Source of the DNA: Nemertoderma westbladi
Taxonomy: Eukaryota; Animalia; Xenacoelomorpha
Assembly (NCBI GenBank): GCA_032718475.1
Contig: JAUCBJ010001433.1
Span: 1 to 42,053, forward strand
Direction: 5' to 3'
Length of the DNA: 42,053 nt
Shown: positions 10,926 through 21,400 of the stretch, piece by piece
Layout: each line of letters starts with the position of its first letter
How positions within the stretch are numbered: the first letter of the stretch is position 1
Position numbers and translations under genes: made by a program
Notes under the pieces: generated by a model
What the model saw: the letters and a program-made list of their open reading frames with translations, nothing else
Database searches by the model: none
Told to the model about the DNA's origin: nothing

Positions 10926-11410
10926 ACTGACTGATTAACAGACTACAGACAGTCAGGTTTGAGCGGGAAGGTTCAAACTTTAAAGCAAACTATCTCGGAA
11001 TTACATTTCACGATATTTCCATTTTTCAAAATACTACTCCTCCGCCGTTTTTCACCCAAATTCGATAATTTATGGCTCGTTTGAAAGGTTTTTTGAAAAA
11101 ATTCTTGAAAAATTATCCAGCACTTTTTTGAAATTTTTTTTTAATATTATTGAAAATTTTAATTAATTTAATTAATTTTAATTATTTAATTTAAGTTATT
11201 TACTTAAAAATTGAAAATTTAAAAAATCGGCTGAATAATTTTTGTAGAAACGAAGGTGCTGAGTCCAAAAAAGTGGGTTTCAAAAAAATTGAATGAATAT
11301 TAATGGACTAGTAGTGTTTTTAGTGAAATTATTAATTCCACCACTCGCCGCTAGAGGGGGACTTTCAAATATCCATTTGGGGGCTCTTTGGCCTTCCACA
11401 CGTTGGCTGA
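10926..11410. mobile_element. Possible old non-autonomous element remnant
   Basis: Degenerate ACTG/ACAG microsatellite at the LINE junction, AT-rich quasi-palindromic core, and a CCGCTAGAGGG motif near 11348 that is shared with the 13461-15024 element. Confidence 0.3.
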
Positions 11411-11460
11411 ACACAACCTAACTGTGGTATTGACCAACAACAACACGGTGTTACTTACAG

Positions 11461-11919
11461 CTGTTTCAAAAACAACTCCCCTGAGGGGGTACCCCCCCCC
11501 CCCCCCCCCCCCCCTTAAAGCAATTATTATCCCTTGACTTAACCGTTGATATAGCTAGGAAACCCAATGTTAGTCTTCCGGACTGGAGGTTGTCTACTCG
11601 CTCCACCAAGACTTTCTCCCAACGCCAGTACTCCAAGGAGGCATTGGAGGAGGCCATTACTGCTGTTCTATGGAAACGTATACCAGTCAGGAAGGTCGCG
11701 GCTTTGTATAATATACCCAAGTCGACGCTATATGATAACATTAAAAGCGTCGCTGTCTCTGGTGAGATTAGAACCGCGGCGGAAAACCAAATTAATGACG
11801 TCGCTGTCAACCAATCACTCGAGACTACGTACGATTTAATACCGGAGTCTAAAAATGTGGATATATATGTTCATGATTTATATTTCAACGCTATAAAAAT
11901 TCATCCCTCTCCAGGGTAA
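11461..11919 (+). CDS. Putative terminal exon 1 encoding a pipsqueak-type HTH domain
   Basis: 'RQYSKEALEEAITAVLWKRIPVRKVAALYNIPKSTLYD' fits the psq HTH pattern. Candidate acceptor TTACTTACAG ends at 11460; it is in frame only if the C23 run (11492-11514) is really C24 or C21. The last codons run into a MITE relic. Confidence 0.65.
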
Positions 11920-12040
11920 ATCAACTCAAATAACAGCTGATTACTCGCAATAATAGAAATGTAACCTGTTATATGGACGTTAGTTTATTGTTTTGGTTAG
12001 AATAACGTGCCACTATTACTGTAACCTGTTCCTTTCCCTT
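11897..12040 (+). mobile_element. Internal fragment of the MITE family seen at 28711-28968
   Basis: 'TTCATCCCTCTCCAGGG...AATAACAGCTGATTACTC...AATAACGTGCCACT...GTAACCTG' closely matches ~28757-28890. Confidence 0.75.
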
Positions 12041-12730
12041 AATTGATAATTAACCATTGAGTGACACATTTATTCTCCGACATGGGATTTTCTTCAAGCC
12101 CCATCATATCTCCGGAATTTAGTGTCGAAATTCAGTGACAGGACATGCCACTGAATTAAGACGCTATATTCCGGGGCGCGGTGTATTGCTCTCATACACA
12201 CGTAATGTTTAATTGTTCAGTGTTCCGTTTATTGATATGTGATGTGCTTTTTTATTTTTTTCCTATTTATACGGTATCATATTATACTATTTTTAGTAAC
12301 CTCTACTGATTATTAGCTACTACTAATAATAATTTTGTTCGAGCATATAATATATACAGTATATCTATATATATATATATACATTTACGTTGTACCTCCG
12401 TTAATTTAGTTGTTGTAATAATTCTGTTTACCAATATATTTCTGTATTTTACAGTGTTTTAGTGATAGACTTCACGTCATTGGACTTCACGTTCATGGAC
12501 TTCATGTCAGTGCATTTTTTACTGTAGGATAATATATATTTTAAATCGTTTTAGGTAAATCTTATAATAATGATAATAGTTAATTAAATTTCATGATGAA
12601 TTTGTTTTTTTTAATAAACGAATGAGGCAATAGGTTTGTATAATGTCGGTTCGTAAGGAATTCTTCTAGACTCCTTTATGTTTGGTTTCAGTCCTACTGT
12701 CTGACACCTGGTATATCCTACTCTCTACAG

Positions 12731-13031
12731 TCATACAGACTCCCTGTTTTATTTGTCTAGAGGCGAGCGTTCTAATCACTACAGAGTTCCCTGCCGTTCC
12801 GAAGGCACAAAACGTCCCTTTCGCCAATACTCAGAGGAGACGCTAGAGGCGGCACTAAGAGCTGTTGTGGAAGATCACATGGGAATAATGCCGGCGGCGA
12901 GGAAGTTTAAAGTTCCTAAGTCTACTTTATACGACCGGTATAGAGCCAGACATGGGTCTTTTGGTAGAGCGTTGGTTAAAGACACAACAGTGGGGACTGT
13001 TGATGTTCTAGAACAATGGAATGATGGATAA
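12731..13031 (+). CDS. Putative terminal exon 2 encoding a pipsqueak-type HTH domain
   Basis: Acceptor CCTACTCTCTACAG (AG 12729-12730), then one base, then an open frame HTDSLFYLSRG...'RQYSEETLEAALRAVVEDHMGIMPAARKFKVPKSTLYDRYR'...stop at 13031. No transposase catalytic domain follows. Confidence 0.78.
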
Positions 13032-13535
13032 ATAAGATTCATTCTAGAGGAAAAACGTGCTTTTAATCATTACAGTGACTATTATAATATTGATAAATTA
13101 TTGCTTCTAGTTTTGTTTGTAATTTATTACTAAAACAGCCGACATATTTTTTAAATATATTTTTAAATGTATGTCTTTACCTGTTTTTTTTATTGCCTCA
13201 TATCTTTTATTAATTATGACTAATATTGAACGATTTACTATATGTACAATAACGTTCAGTGGAAGTGCATACAGCATATATTTGTGAGTTAAGATAAATT
13301 CTCCCAGTCAAATTTGATGAAAAAAAAACAATATATTTTACGACCCTGCTTGGGCTCATTTATGGAAAAAAGATCACCTTGATGTCATGGCGGTGAGAAA
13401 TCTCATATGTTTTGCTTTTAACAATGTTCTCACATGTGTTTAACATGGAATATTGTAACATGTGGGGCGAGCCACGAAGTTGGCGGAGCCTTAGCGAATT
13501 GACACTGTTAGGGGGTGGGTCAATTTATGCAAATA

Positions 13536-13603
13536 GTTGTCGTCGTCGTCGTCGTCGTCGTTGTCGTCGTCGTCGTTGTCGTCGTCGTCGTTGTCGTCGT
13601 CGT
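13536..13603. repeat. (GTC/GTT)n trinucleotide microsatellite
   Basis: Directly visible. Confidence 0.95.
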
Positions 13604-13729
13604 TACGATTTTGACATGCTAATAACTTTGTCGGATTTAAAGCTGCCAAGTTGAAAATTTGTAGGTATCAATATAAGCAAAAGTTGAGATTTTTGAGAGA
13701 CTTTCAGACACCATCAGTGCAATGGTCTC

Positions 13730-14921
13730 CCGCTAGAGGGCCACATGTCTAAACATTAAATGGCCACCCATTTCTTTGCTTTTAATCCGTTTAAGCTGAA
13801 ACTTGGGAAGTATGTACTAGACCATTAGCTGTAAATTTCAAAGGAGGCTAATCTGTCTGCAGTTCTCCAGTCTGCCGCTAGAGGGCGAAATGTCCCGAAT
13901 GTGAAATTATTCTTCCATTTAGTTGTTTATGATCTGATTACGCTGAAACTTGTCATATATGTACTAGATGACATCCTGAGTCTTTGTGTGGATTGTAATC
14001 GGTCCGAAGTTTTCCAGTCTCCCGCTAGAGGGCCACATGTCTAAACATTAAATGGCCACCCATTTCTTTGCTTTTAATCCGTTTAAGCTGAAACTTGGGA
14101 AGTATGTACTAGACCATTAGCTGTAAATTTCAAAGGAGGCTAATCTGTCTGCAGTTCTCCAGTCTGCCGCTAGAGGGCGAAATGTCCCGAATGTGAAATT
14201 ATTCTTCCATTTAGTTGTTTATGATCTGATTACGCTGAAACTTGTCATATATGTACTAGATGACATCCTGAGTCTTTGTGTGGATTGTAATCGGTCCGAA
14301 GTTTTCCAGTCTCCCGCTAGAGGGCCACATGTCTAAACATTAAATGGCCACCCATTTCTTTGCTTTTAATCCGTTTAAGCTGAAACTTGGGAAGTATGTA
14401 CTAGACCATTAGCTGTAAATTTCAAAGGAGGCTAATCTGTCTGCAGTTCTCCAGTCTGCCGCTAGAGGGCGAAATGTCCCGAATGTGAAATTATTCTTCC
14501 ATTTAGTTGTTTATGATCTGATTACGCTGAAACTTGTCATATATGTACTAGAAGACATCCTAAGTCTTTGTGTGGACAGTAATCGGTCCGGAGTTTTCGA
14601 GTCTGCCGCTAGAGGGCGAAATGTAGGAAAGTGATAACCTTTGCGAATTCCTTGATCTTAATCTATTTAAGCTGAATTTTGGAATATACAGTACCGGTAT
14701 GTACTAGACCACATGCCTCGTCTTTGTGAGGAAGGTGATCGATCCGTAGTTCTTTAATATGCCGCTAGAGGGCTAAATGTATGAAAGTGAAAACCTTCCA
14801 ACATTTCGTTATTTATGATCCGTCAATCGGAAACTTGGTAGATATGTAATAGACCATAGGCTGTGGCTTTGTAGGGAAACTAATCCTTCCTTCTTCAGTT
14901 ACCCAGTCTCCCGCTAGAGGG
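13730..14921 (+). repeat. Tandem array of ~146-bp monomers organised as a 292-bp dimer
   Basis: CCGCTAGAGGG recurs near 13730, 13875, 14022, 14167, 14314, 14459, 14606, 14763 and 14911. Alternate units are near-identical. Confidence 0.93.
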
Positions 14922-15452
14922 TTAACGTTTTCCGGGAAAATCTTCTCCTATGTTTTTATAATCCTTTCGAGTTGATACTTAGCATTAACTCATTTCACGT
15001 GCTGCGCGAAGGCCCCACTTCGTGTATATATATATATTGGAACATGGAAACGTGTTATTTAACTGCAATGAATAATAGCATTCCTTCATACATAGCGCTT
15101 TTTTATTGTTATATTTGATTGTGTTAACATGCCATCTTTGACAGATTACATTCCTCAATATGTCAACGCTTCAAGTTAAAATATAAAAATTAAATATTTG
15201 TTAAAACCACAATTGCACTGCGTTAAATCCACAATAAGCCTTTGGTACATGCCACAAGAGGATTATGTTATATGTCACAAAATGGCAGTGTTACATTTCA
15301 CATTAAGCCTTTGGTACATGCCACAAGAGGCAAATTGCCAGTGTTACATCTCACAATAGGCCTGTTTCACTTGCCAAAATTTGACAGTGTTACATGTTGC
15401 TGTAGTCATGTGTTGGTGTCACAATATTCCTGTGTTACGTGCATGCAATATT

Positions 15453-18400
15453 CGAGAGGAGCCTTCCTACTGCCTCAATTAGAGAGGAGCCTTCGGGTCG
15501 CCTCCGGTAGAGAGGAGCCTTCCGGTTGCATCCGGTAGTGAGGAACCCTTGGGTTGCCTTTGGTAGAGAGGGGCCTTTGGGTTGCTTCCTAGTGGAGGAG
15601 CCTTAAGCTTGCCTCCGTTAGAGAGGAGCCTTCGGGTTGCCTCTGTTAGAGGGGAGTCATTGGGTTGCCTCCAATAGAGAGGAGCCTTTGGGTTGCCTCC
15701 AGTAGAGGAGCCTTAAGCTTGCCTCCGGTCGAGAGGAGCCTTCGGGTTGCCTCTGTTAGCGATTAACCTTTTATTTGCCTCTGGTAGAGAGGATCCTTTG
15801 GGTTGCCTCTGTTAGAGAGGAGCCTTTGGGTTGCCTCCAGTAGAGGAGCCTTAAGCTTGCCTCCGGTAGTGAGGAGCCTTTGGGTTGCCTCCAGTAGAGA
15901 GGAGCCTTTGGGTTGCCTCTGGTAGTGAGGAGTCTTTGGGTTGCCTCCGGTAGAGAGTAGCCTTCCGGTTGCATCCGGTAGTGAGGAACCCTTGGGTTGC
16001 CTTTGGTAGAGAGGGGCCTTTGGGTTGCTTCCTAGTGGAGGAGCCTTAAGCTTGCCTCCGTTAGAGAGGAGCCTTCGGGTTGCCTCTGTTAGAGGGGAGT
16101 CATTGGGTTGCCTCCAATAGAGAGGAGCCTTTGGGTTGCCTCCAGTAGAGGAGCCTTAAGCTTGCCTCCGGTCGAGAGGAGCCTTCGGGTTGCCTCTGTT
16201 AGCGATTAACCTTTTATTTGCCTCTGGTAGAGAGGATCCTTTGGGTTGCCTCTGTTAGAGAGGAGCCTTTGGGTTGCCTCCAGTAGAGGAGCCTTAAGCT
16301 TGCCTCCGGTAGTGAGGAGCCTTTGGGTTGCCTCCAGTAGAGAGGAGCCTTTGGGTTGCCTCTGGTAGTGAGGAGTCTTTGGGTTGCCTCCGGTAGAGAG
16401 TAGCCTTCCGGTTGCATCCGGTAGTGAGGAACCCTTGGGTTGCCTTTGGTAGAGAGGGGCCTTTGGGTTGCTTCCTAGTGGAGGAGCCTTAAGCTTGCCT
16501 CCGGTCGAGAGGAGCCTTCGGGTTGCCTCTGTTAGCGATTAACCTTTTATTTGCCTCTGGTAGAGAGGATCCTTTGGGTTGCCTCTGTTAGAGAGGAGCC
16601 TTTGGGTTGCCTCCAGTAGAGGAGCCTTAAGCTTGCCTCCGGTAGTGATGAGCCTTTGGGTTGCCTCCAGTAGAGAGGAGCCTTTGGGTTGCCTCTGGTA
16701 GTGAGGAGTCTTTGGGTTGCCTCCAGTAGAGGAGCCTTTGGGTTGCCTCTGGTAGTGAGGAGCCTTTGGGTTGCCTCCAGTAGAGGAGCCTTTGGGTTGC
16801 CTCTGGTAGTGAGGAGCCTTTGGGTTGCCTCCAGTAGAGGAGCCTTTGGGTTGCCTCTGGTAGTTAGGTGCATTTGGGTTGCCTCCAGTAGAGGAGCCTT
16901 AAGCTTCCCTCCGGTAGAGAGGAGCCTTCGGGTTGCCTCTGTTAGAGGGGAGCCATTGGGTTGCCTCTGGTAGTGAGGAGTCTTTGGGTTGCCTCCAGTA
17001 GAGGAGCCTTTGGGTTGCCTCTGGTAGTGAGGGGCCTTTGGGTTGCCTCCAGTAGAGGAGCCTTTGGGTTGCCTCTGGTAGTGAGGAGCCTTTGGGTTGC
17101 CTCCAGTAGAGGAGCCTTTGGGTTGCCTCTGGTAGTGAGGAGCCTTTGGGTTGCCTCTGGTAGTGAGGAGTCTTTGGGTTGCCTCCAGTAGAGGAGCCTT
17201 TGGGTTGCCTCTGGTAGTGAGGGGCCTTTGGGTTGCCTCCAGTAGAGGAGCCTTTGGGTTGCCTCTGGTAGTGAGGAGCCTTTGGGTTGCCTCCAGTAGA
17301 GGAGCCTTTGGGTTGCCTCTGGTAGTTAGGAGCCTTTGGGTTGCCTCCAGTAGAGGAGCCTTAAGCTTGCCTCCGGTAGAGAGGAGCCTTTGGGTTGCCT
17401 CCAGTAGAGGAGCCTTAATCTTGCCTCCGGTAGAGAGGAGCCTTCGGGTTGCCTCTGTTAGAGAGGAGCCTTTAGTTGGCCTCCAGTAGAGTGGAGCCTT
17501 TGGGTTGCCTCTGGTAGTGAGGAGCCTTTGGGTTGCCTCCAGTGGAGGTGCCTTTCGGTTGCCTCTAATAGTGAGGAGCCTTTGGGTTGCCTCCAGTAGA
17601 GAGGAGCCTTTGGGTTGCCTCCAGTAGAGGAGCCTTAAGCTTGCCTCCGGTAGAGAGGAGCCTTCGGGTTGCCTCTGTTAGCGATGAACCTTTTAGTGCC
17701 TCTGGTAGAGAGGATCCTTTGGGTTGCCTCTGGTAGAGAGGAGCCTTTGGGTTGCCTCCAGTAGAGGAGCCTTAAGCTTGCCTACGGTAGAGAGGAGCCT
17801 TCGGGTTGCCTCTGTTAGAGAGGAGCCTTTGGGTTGCCTCCAGTAGAGAGGAGCCTTTGGGTTGCCTCTGGTAGTGAGGAGCCTTTGGGTTGCCTCCAGT
17901 AGAGGAGCCTTAAGCTTGCCTCCGGTAGGGAGGAGCCTTCGGGTTGCCTCTGTTAGAGAGGAGCCTTTGGGTTGCCTCCAGTAGAGAGGAGCCTTTGGGT
18001 TGCCTCTGGCAGTGAGGAGCCTTTGGGTTGCCTCCAGCAGAGGAGCCTTTGGGTTGCCTCTGGTAATTAGGAGCCTTTGGGTTGCCACCAGTAGAGGAGC
18101 CTTAAGCTTGCCTCCGGTAGAGATGAGCCATCGGGTTGCCTCTGTTAGAGAGGAGCCTTTGGGTTGCCTCCAGTAAAGAGGAGCCTTTGGGTTGCCTCTT
18201 GTAGTGAGGAGCCTTTGGGTTGCCTCAAGTAGAGGAGCCTTTGGGTTCCCTCTGGTAGTGAGGAGCCTTTGGGTTGCCTTCAGTAGAGGAGCCTTAAGCT
18301 TGCCTCCGATAGAGAGGAGCCTTCGGGTTGCCTCTGTTAGCGATGAACCTTTGGGTTGCCTCTGGCAGAGAGGAGCCTTAGCGTTGCCTCCGGTAGAGAG

Positions 18401-21400
18401 CAGCCTTCGGGTTTCCTCCGGTAGAGAGGAGCCTTTGGGTTGCCTCCAGTACAGGAGCCTTAAGTTTGCCTCCAGTAGAGAGGAACCTTCGGGTTGCCTC
18501 CAGTAGAGAGGAACCTTCGGGTTGCCTCCATTAGAGAGGAATATTCGGGTTGCCTCCATTAGAGAGGAACCTTCGGGTTGCCTCTTGTAGAGGGGAACCT
18601 TCGGGTTGCCTCCATTAGAGAGGGAGCCTTCGGGTTGCCTCCACTAGATAGGAGCCTTCGGGTTGCCTCCAGTAGTGAGGAGCCTTCGGGTTGCCTCCAG
18701 TAGAGAGGAGCCTTCGGGTTGCCTCCAGTAGAGAGGAGCCTTCGGGTTGCCTCCAGTAGAGAGGAGCCTTCGGGTTGCTTCTGGTAGTGAGGAGCCTTTG
18801 GGTTGCCTCCAGTAGAGAGGAGCCTTTGGGTTGCCTCCAGTAGAGGAGCCTTAAGCTTGCCTCCGGTAGAGAGGATCCTTCGGGTTGCCTCTGTTAGCGA
18901 TGAACCTTTTAGTTGCCTCTGGTAGAGAGGAGCCTTTGGGTTGCCTCCAGCAGAGGAGCCTTAAGCTTGACTCCGTCAGAGAGGTTGCTTCTTGTATAGG
19001 GGTTGCCCAGAGTAGAAAGGAGCCCTCGGATTGGCTCCAGTAGAAAGGAGCCTTTGGGTTGCCTCCAGCAGAAAAGAACCTTCGGGTTGCTTCTTGTACA
19101 GGGGAGCCTTCGGGTCGCCTCCAGTAGAGAGGAGCCTTCGGGTCGCTTCCAGTAGAGAGGAGCCTTTGGGTTGCCTCCAGTAGAAAGGAGCCTTCGGGTT
19201 ACTTCTTGTAGAGGGGAGTCTTCGGGTTGCCCAGAGTAGCAAGGAGCCCTCGTGTTGGCTCCAGTAGAAAGGAGCCTTTGGGTTGCATCCAGTAGAAAGG
19301 AACCTTCGGGTTGCTTTTTGTAGAGGGGAGCCTTCGGGTTGCCCAGAGTAGAAAGGAGCCTTTGGGTTGCCTCCAGTAGAAAGGAGCCTTTGGGTTGCCT
19401 CCAGTAGAAAGGAGCCTTCGGGTTACTTCTTGTAGAGGGGAGCCTTCGGGTTTCCCAGAGTAGAAAGGAGCCCTCGGGTTGGCTCCAGTAGAAAGGATTC
19501 TTTGGGTTGCCTCCAGTAGAAAGGAACATTCGGGTTGCTTTTTGTAGAGGGGAGCCTTCGGGTTGCCCAGAGTAGAAAGGAGCCCTCGGGTTGGCTCCAG
19601 TAGAAAGGAGCCTTTGGGTTGCGTCCAGTAGAAAGAACCTTCGGGTTGCTTCTTGTACAGGGGAGCCTTCGGGTTGCCCAGAGTAGAAAGGATCCCTCGG
19701 ATTGGCTCCAGTAGAAAGGAGCCTTTGGGTTGCCGCCAGTAGAAAAGAACCTTCGGGTTGCTTCTTGTGCAGGGGATCGTTCGGGTCGCCTCCAGTAGAG
19801 AGGAGCCTTTGGGTTGCCTCCAGTAGAAAGGAGCCTTCGGGTTACTTCTTGTAGAGGGGAGCCTTCGGGTTGCCTCCAGTAGAAAGGAGCCTTCGGGTTG
19901 CCTCCAGTAGAAAGGAGCCTTCGGGTTACTTCTTGTAGAGGGGAGTCTTCGTGTTGCTTCTTGTAGAGGGGAGCCTTTGGGTTGCCTCCGGTAGAGGAGC
20001 CCTCGGGTTACTTCTTGTAGAGGGGAGTCTTCGGGTTGCTTCTTGTAGAGGGGAGCCTTTGGGTTGCTTCTTGTAGAGGGGAGCCTTTGGGTTGCCTCCA
20101 GTAGAAAGGAGCCTTCGGGTTGCCTCCAGTAGAAAGGAGCCTTCGGGTTGCCTCCAGTAGAAAGGAGCCTTCGGGTTACTTCTTGTAGAGGGGAGCCTTC
20201 GGGTTACTTCTTGTAGAGGGGAGCCTTCGGGTTGCCTCTTGTAGAGGGGAGCCTTCGGGTCGCCTCCAGTAGAGAGGAGCCTTTGGGTTGCCTCCAGTAG
20301 AAAGGAGCCTTCGGGTTACTTCTTGTAGAGGGGAGCCTTCGGGTTGCCTCCAGTAGAAAGGAGCCTTTGGGTTGCCTCCAGTATAAAGGAGCCTTCGGGT
20401 TACTTCTTGTAGAGGGGAGTCTTCGGGTTGCTTCTTGTAGAAGGGAGCCTTTGGGTTGCCTCCGGTAGAGGAGCCTTCGGGTTACTTCTTGTAGAGGGGA
20501 GTCTTCGGGTTGCTTCTTGTAGAAGGGATCCTTTGGGTTGCCTCCAGTAGAAAGGAGCCTTCGGGTTGCCTCCAGTAGAAAGGAGCCTTCGGGTTGCCTC
20601 CAGTAGAAAGGAGCTTAAGGTTGCTTCTTGTAGAGGGGAGCCTTTGGGTTGCCTCCGGTAGAGGAGCCTTCGGGTTACTTCTTGTAGAGGGGAGTCTTCC
20701 GGTTGCTTCTTGTAGAGGGGAGTCTTTGGGTTGCCTCCAGTAGAAAGGAGCGTTTGGGTTGCCTCCAGTAGAAAGTATCCTTCGGGTTGCCTCCAGTAGT
20801 GAGGACCCTTTGGGTTGCCTCCAGTAGAGGAGCCTTTGGGTTGCCTCTGGTAGTTAGGAGCCTTTGGGTTGCCTCCAGTAGAGGAGCCTTAAGCTTGCCT
20901 CCGGTAGAGAGGAGCCTTCGGGTTGCCTCCTGTTAGAGAGGAGCCTTTAGTTGGCCTCCAGTAGAGAGGAGCCTTTGGGTTGCCTCTGGTAGTGAGGAGC
21001 CTTTGGGTTGCCTCCGGTAGAGAGGAGCCTTCGGGTTGCCTCTGTTAGAGGGGAGCCATTGGGTTGCCTCTGGTAGTGAGGAGTCTTTGGGTTGCCTCCA
21101 GTAGAGGAGCCTTTGGGTTGCCTCTGGTAGTGAGGGGCCTTTGGGTGGCCTCCAGTAGAGGAGCCTTTGGGTTGCCTCTGGTAGTGAGGCGCCTTTGGGT
21201 TGCCTCCAGTAGAGGAGCCTTTGGGTTGCCTCTGGTAGTGAGGAGCCTTTGGGTTGCCTCTGGTAGTGAGGAGTCTTTGGGTTGCCTCCAGTAGAGGAGC
21301 CTTTGGGTTGCCTCTGGTAGTGAGGGGCCTTTGGGTTGCCTCCAGTAGAGGAGCCTTTGGGTTGCCTCTGGTAGTGAGGAGCCTTTGGGTTGCCTCCAGT

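Larger units (their letters stand above)
13461..15024 (+). mobile_element. HINE/DINE-1-like non-autonomous element with microsatellite and internal tandem array
   Basis: 5' end TGTGGGGCGAGCCACGAAGT, (GTC/GTT)n microsatellite, ~146-bp core repeats, and 3' ...GAAGGCCCCAC complementary to the 5' GTGGGGC. Both termini recur, inverted, at 34421-34440 and 32876-32896. Confidence 0.72.

Noticed and set aside
12455-12532. Acceptor-like TATTTTACAG followed by short GACTTCA repeats
   Set aside because: Only a short frame with no domain similarity.
13412-13654. Arg/Cys-rich protamine-like ORF
   Set aside because: Translation of the (GTC/GTT)n microsatellite inside a mobile element.
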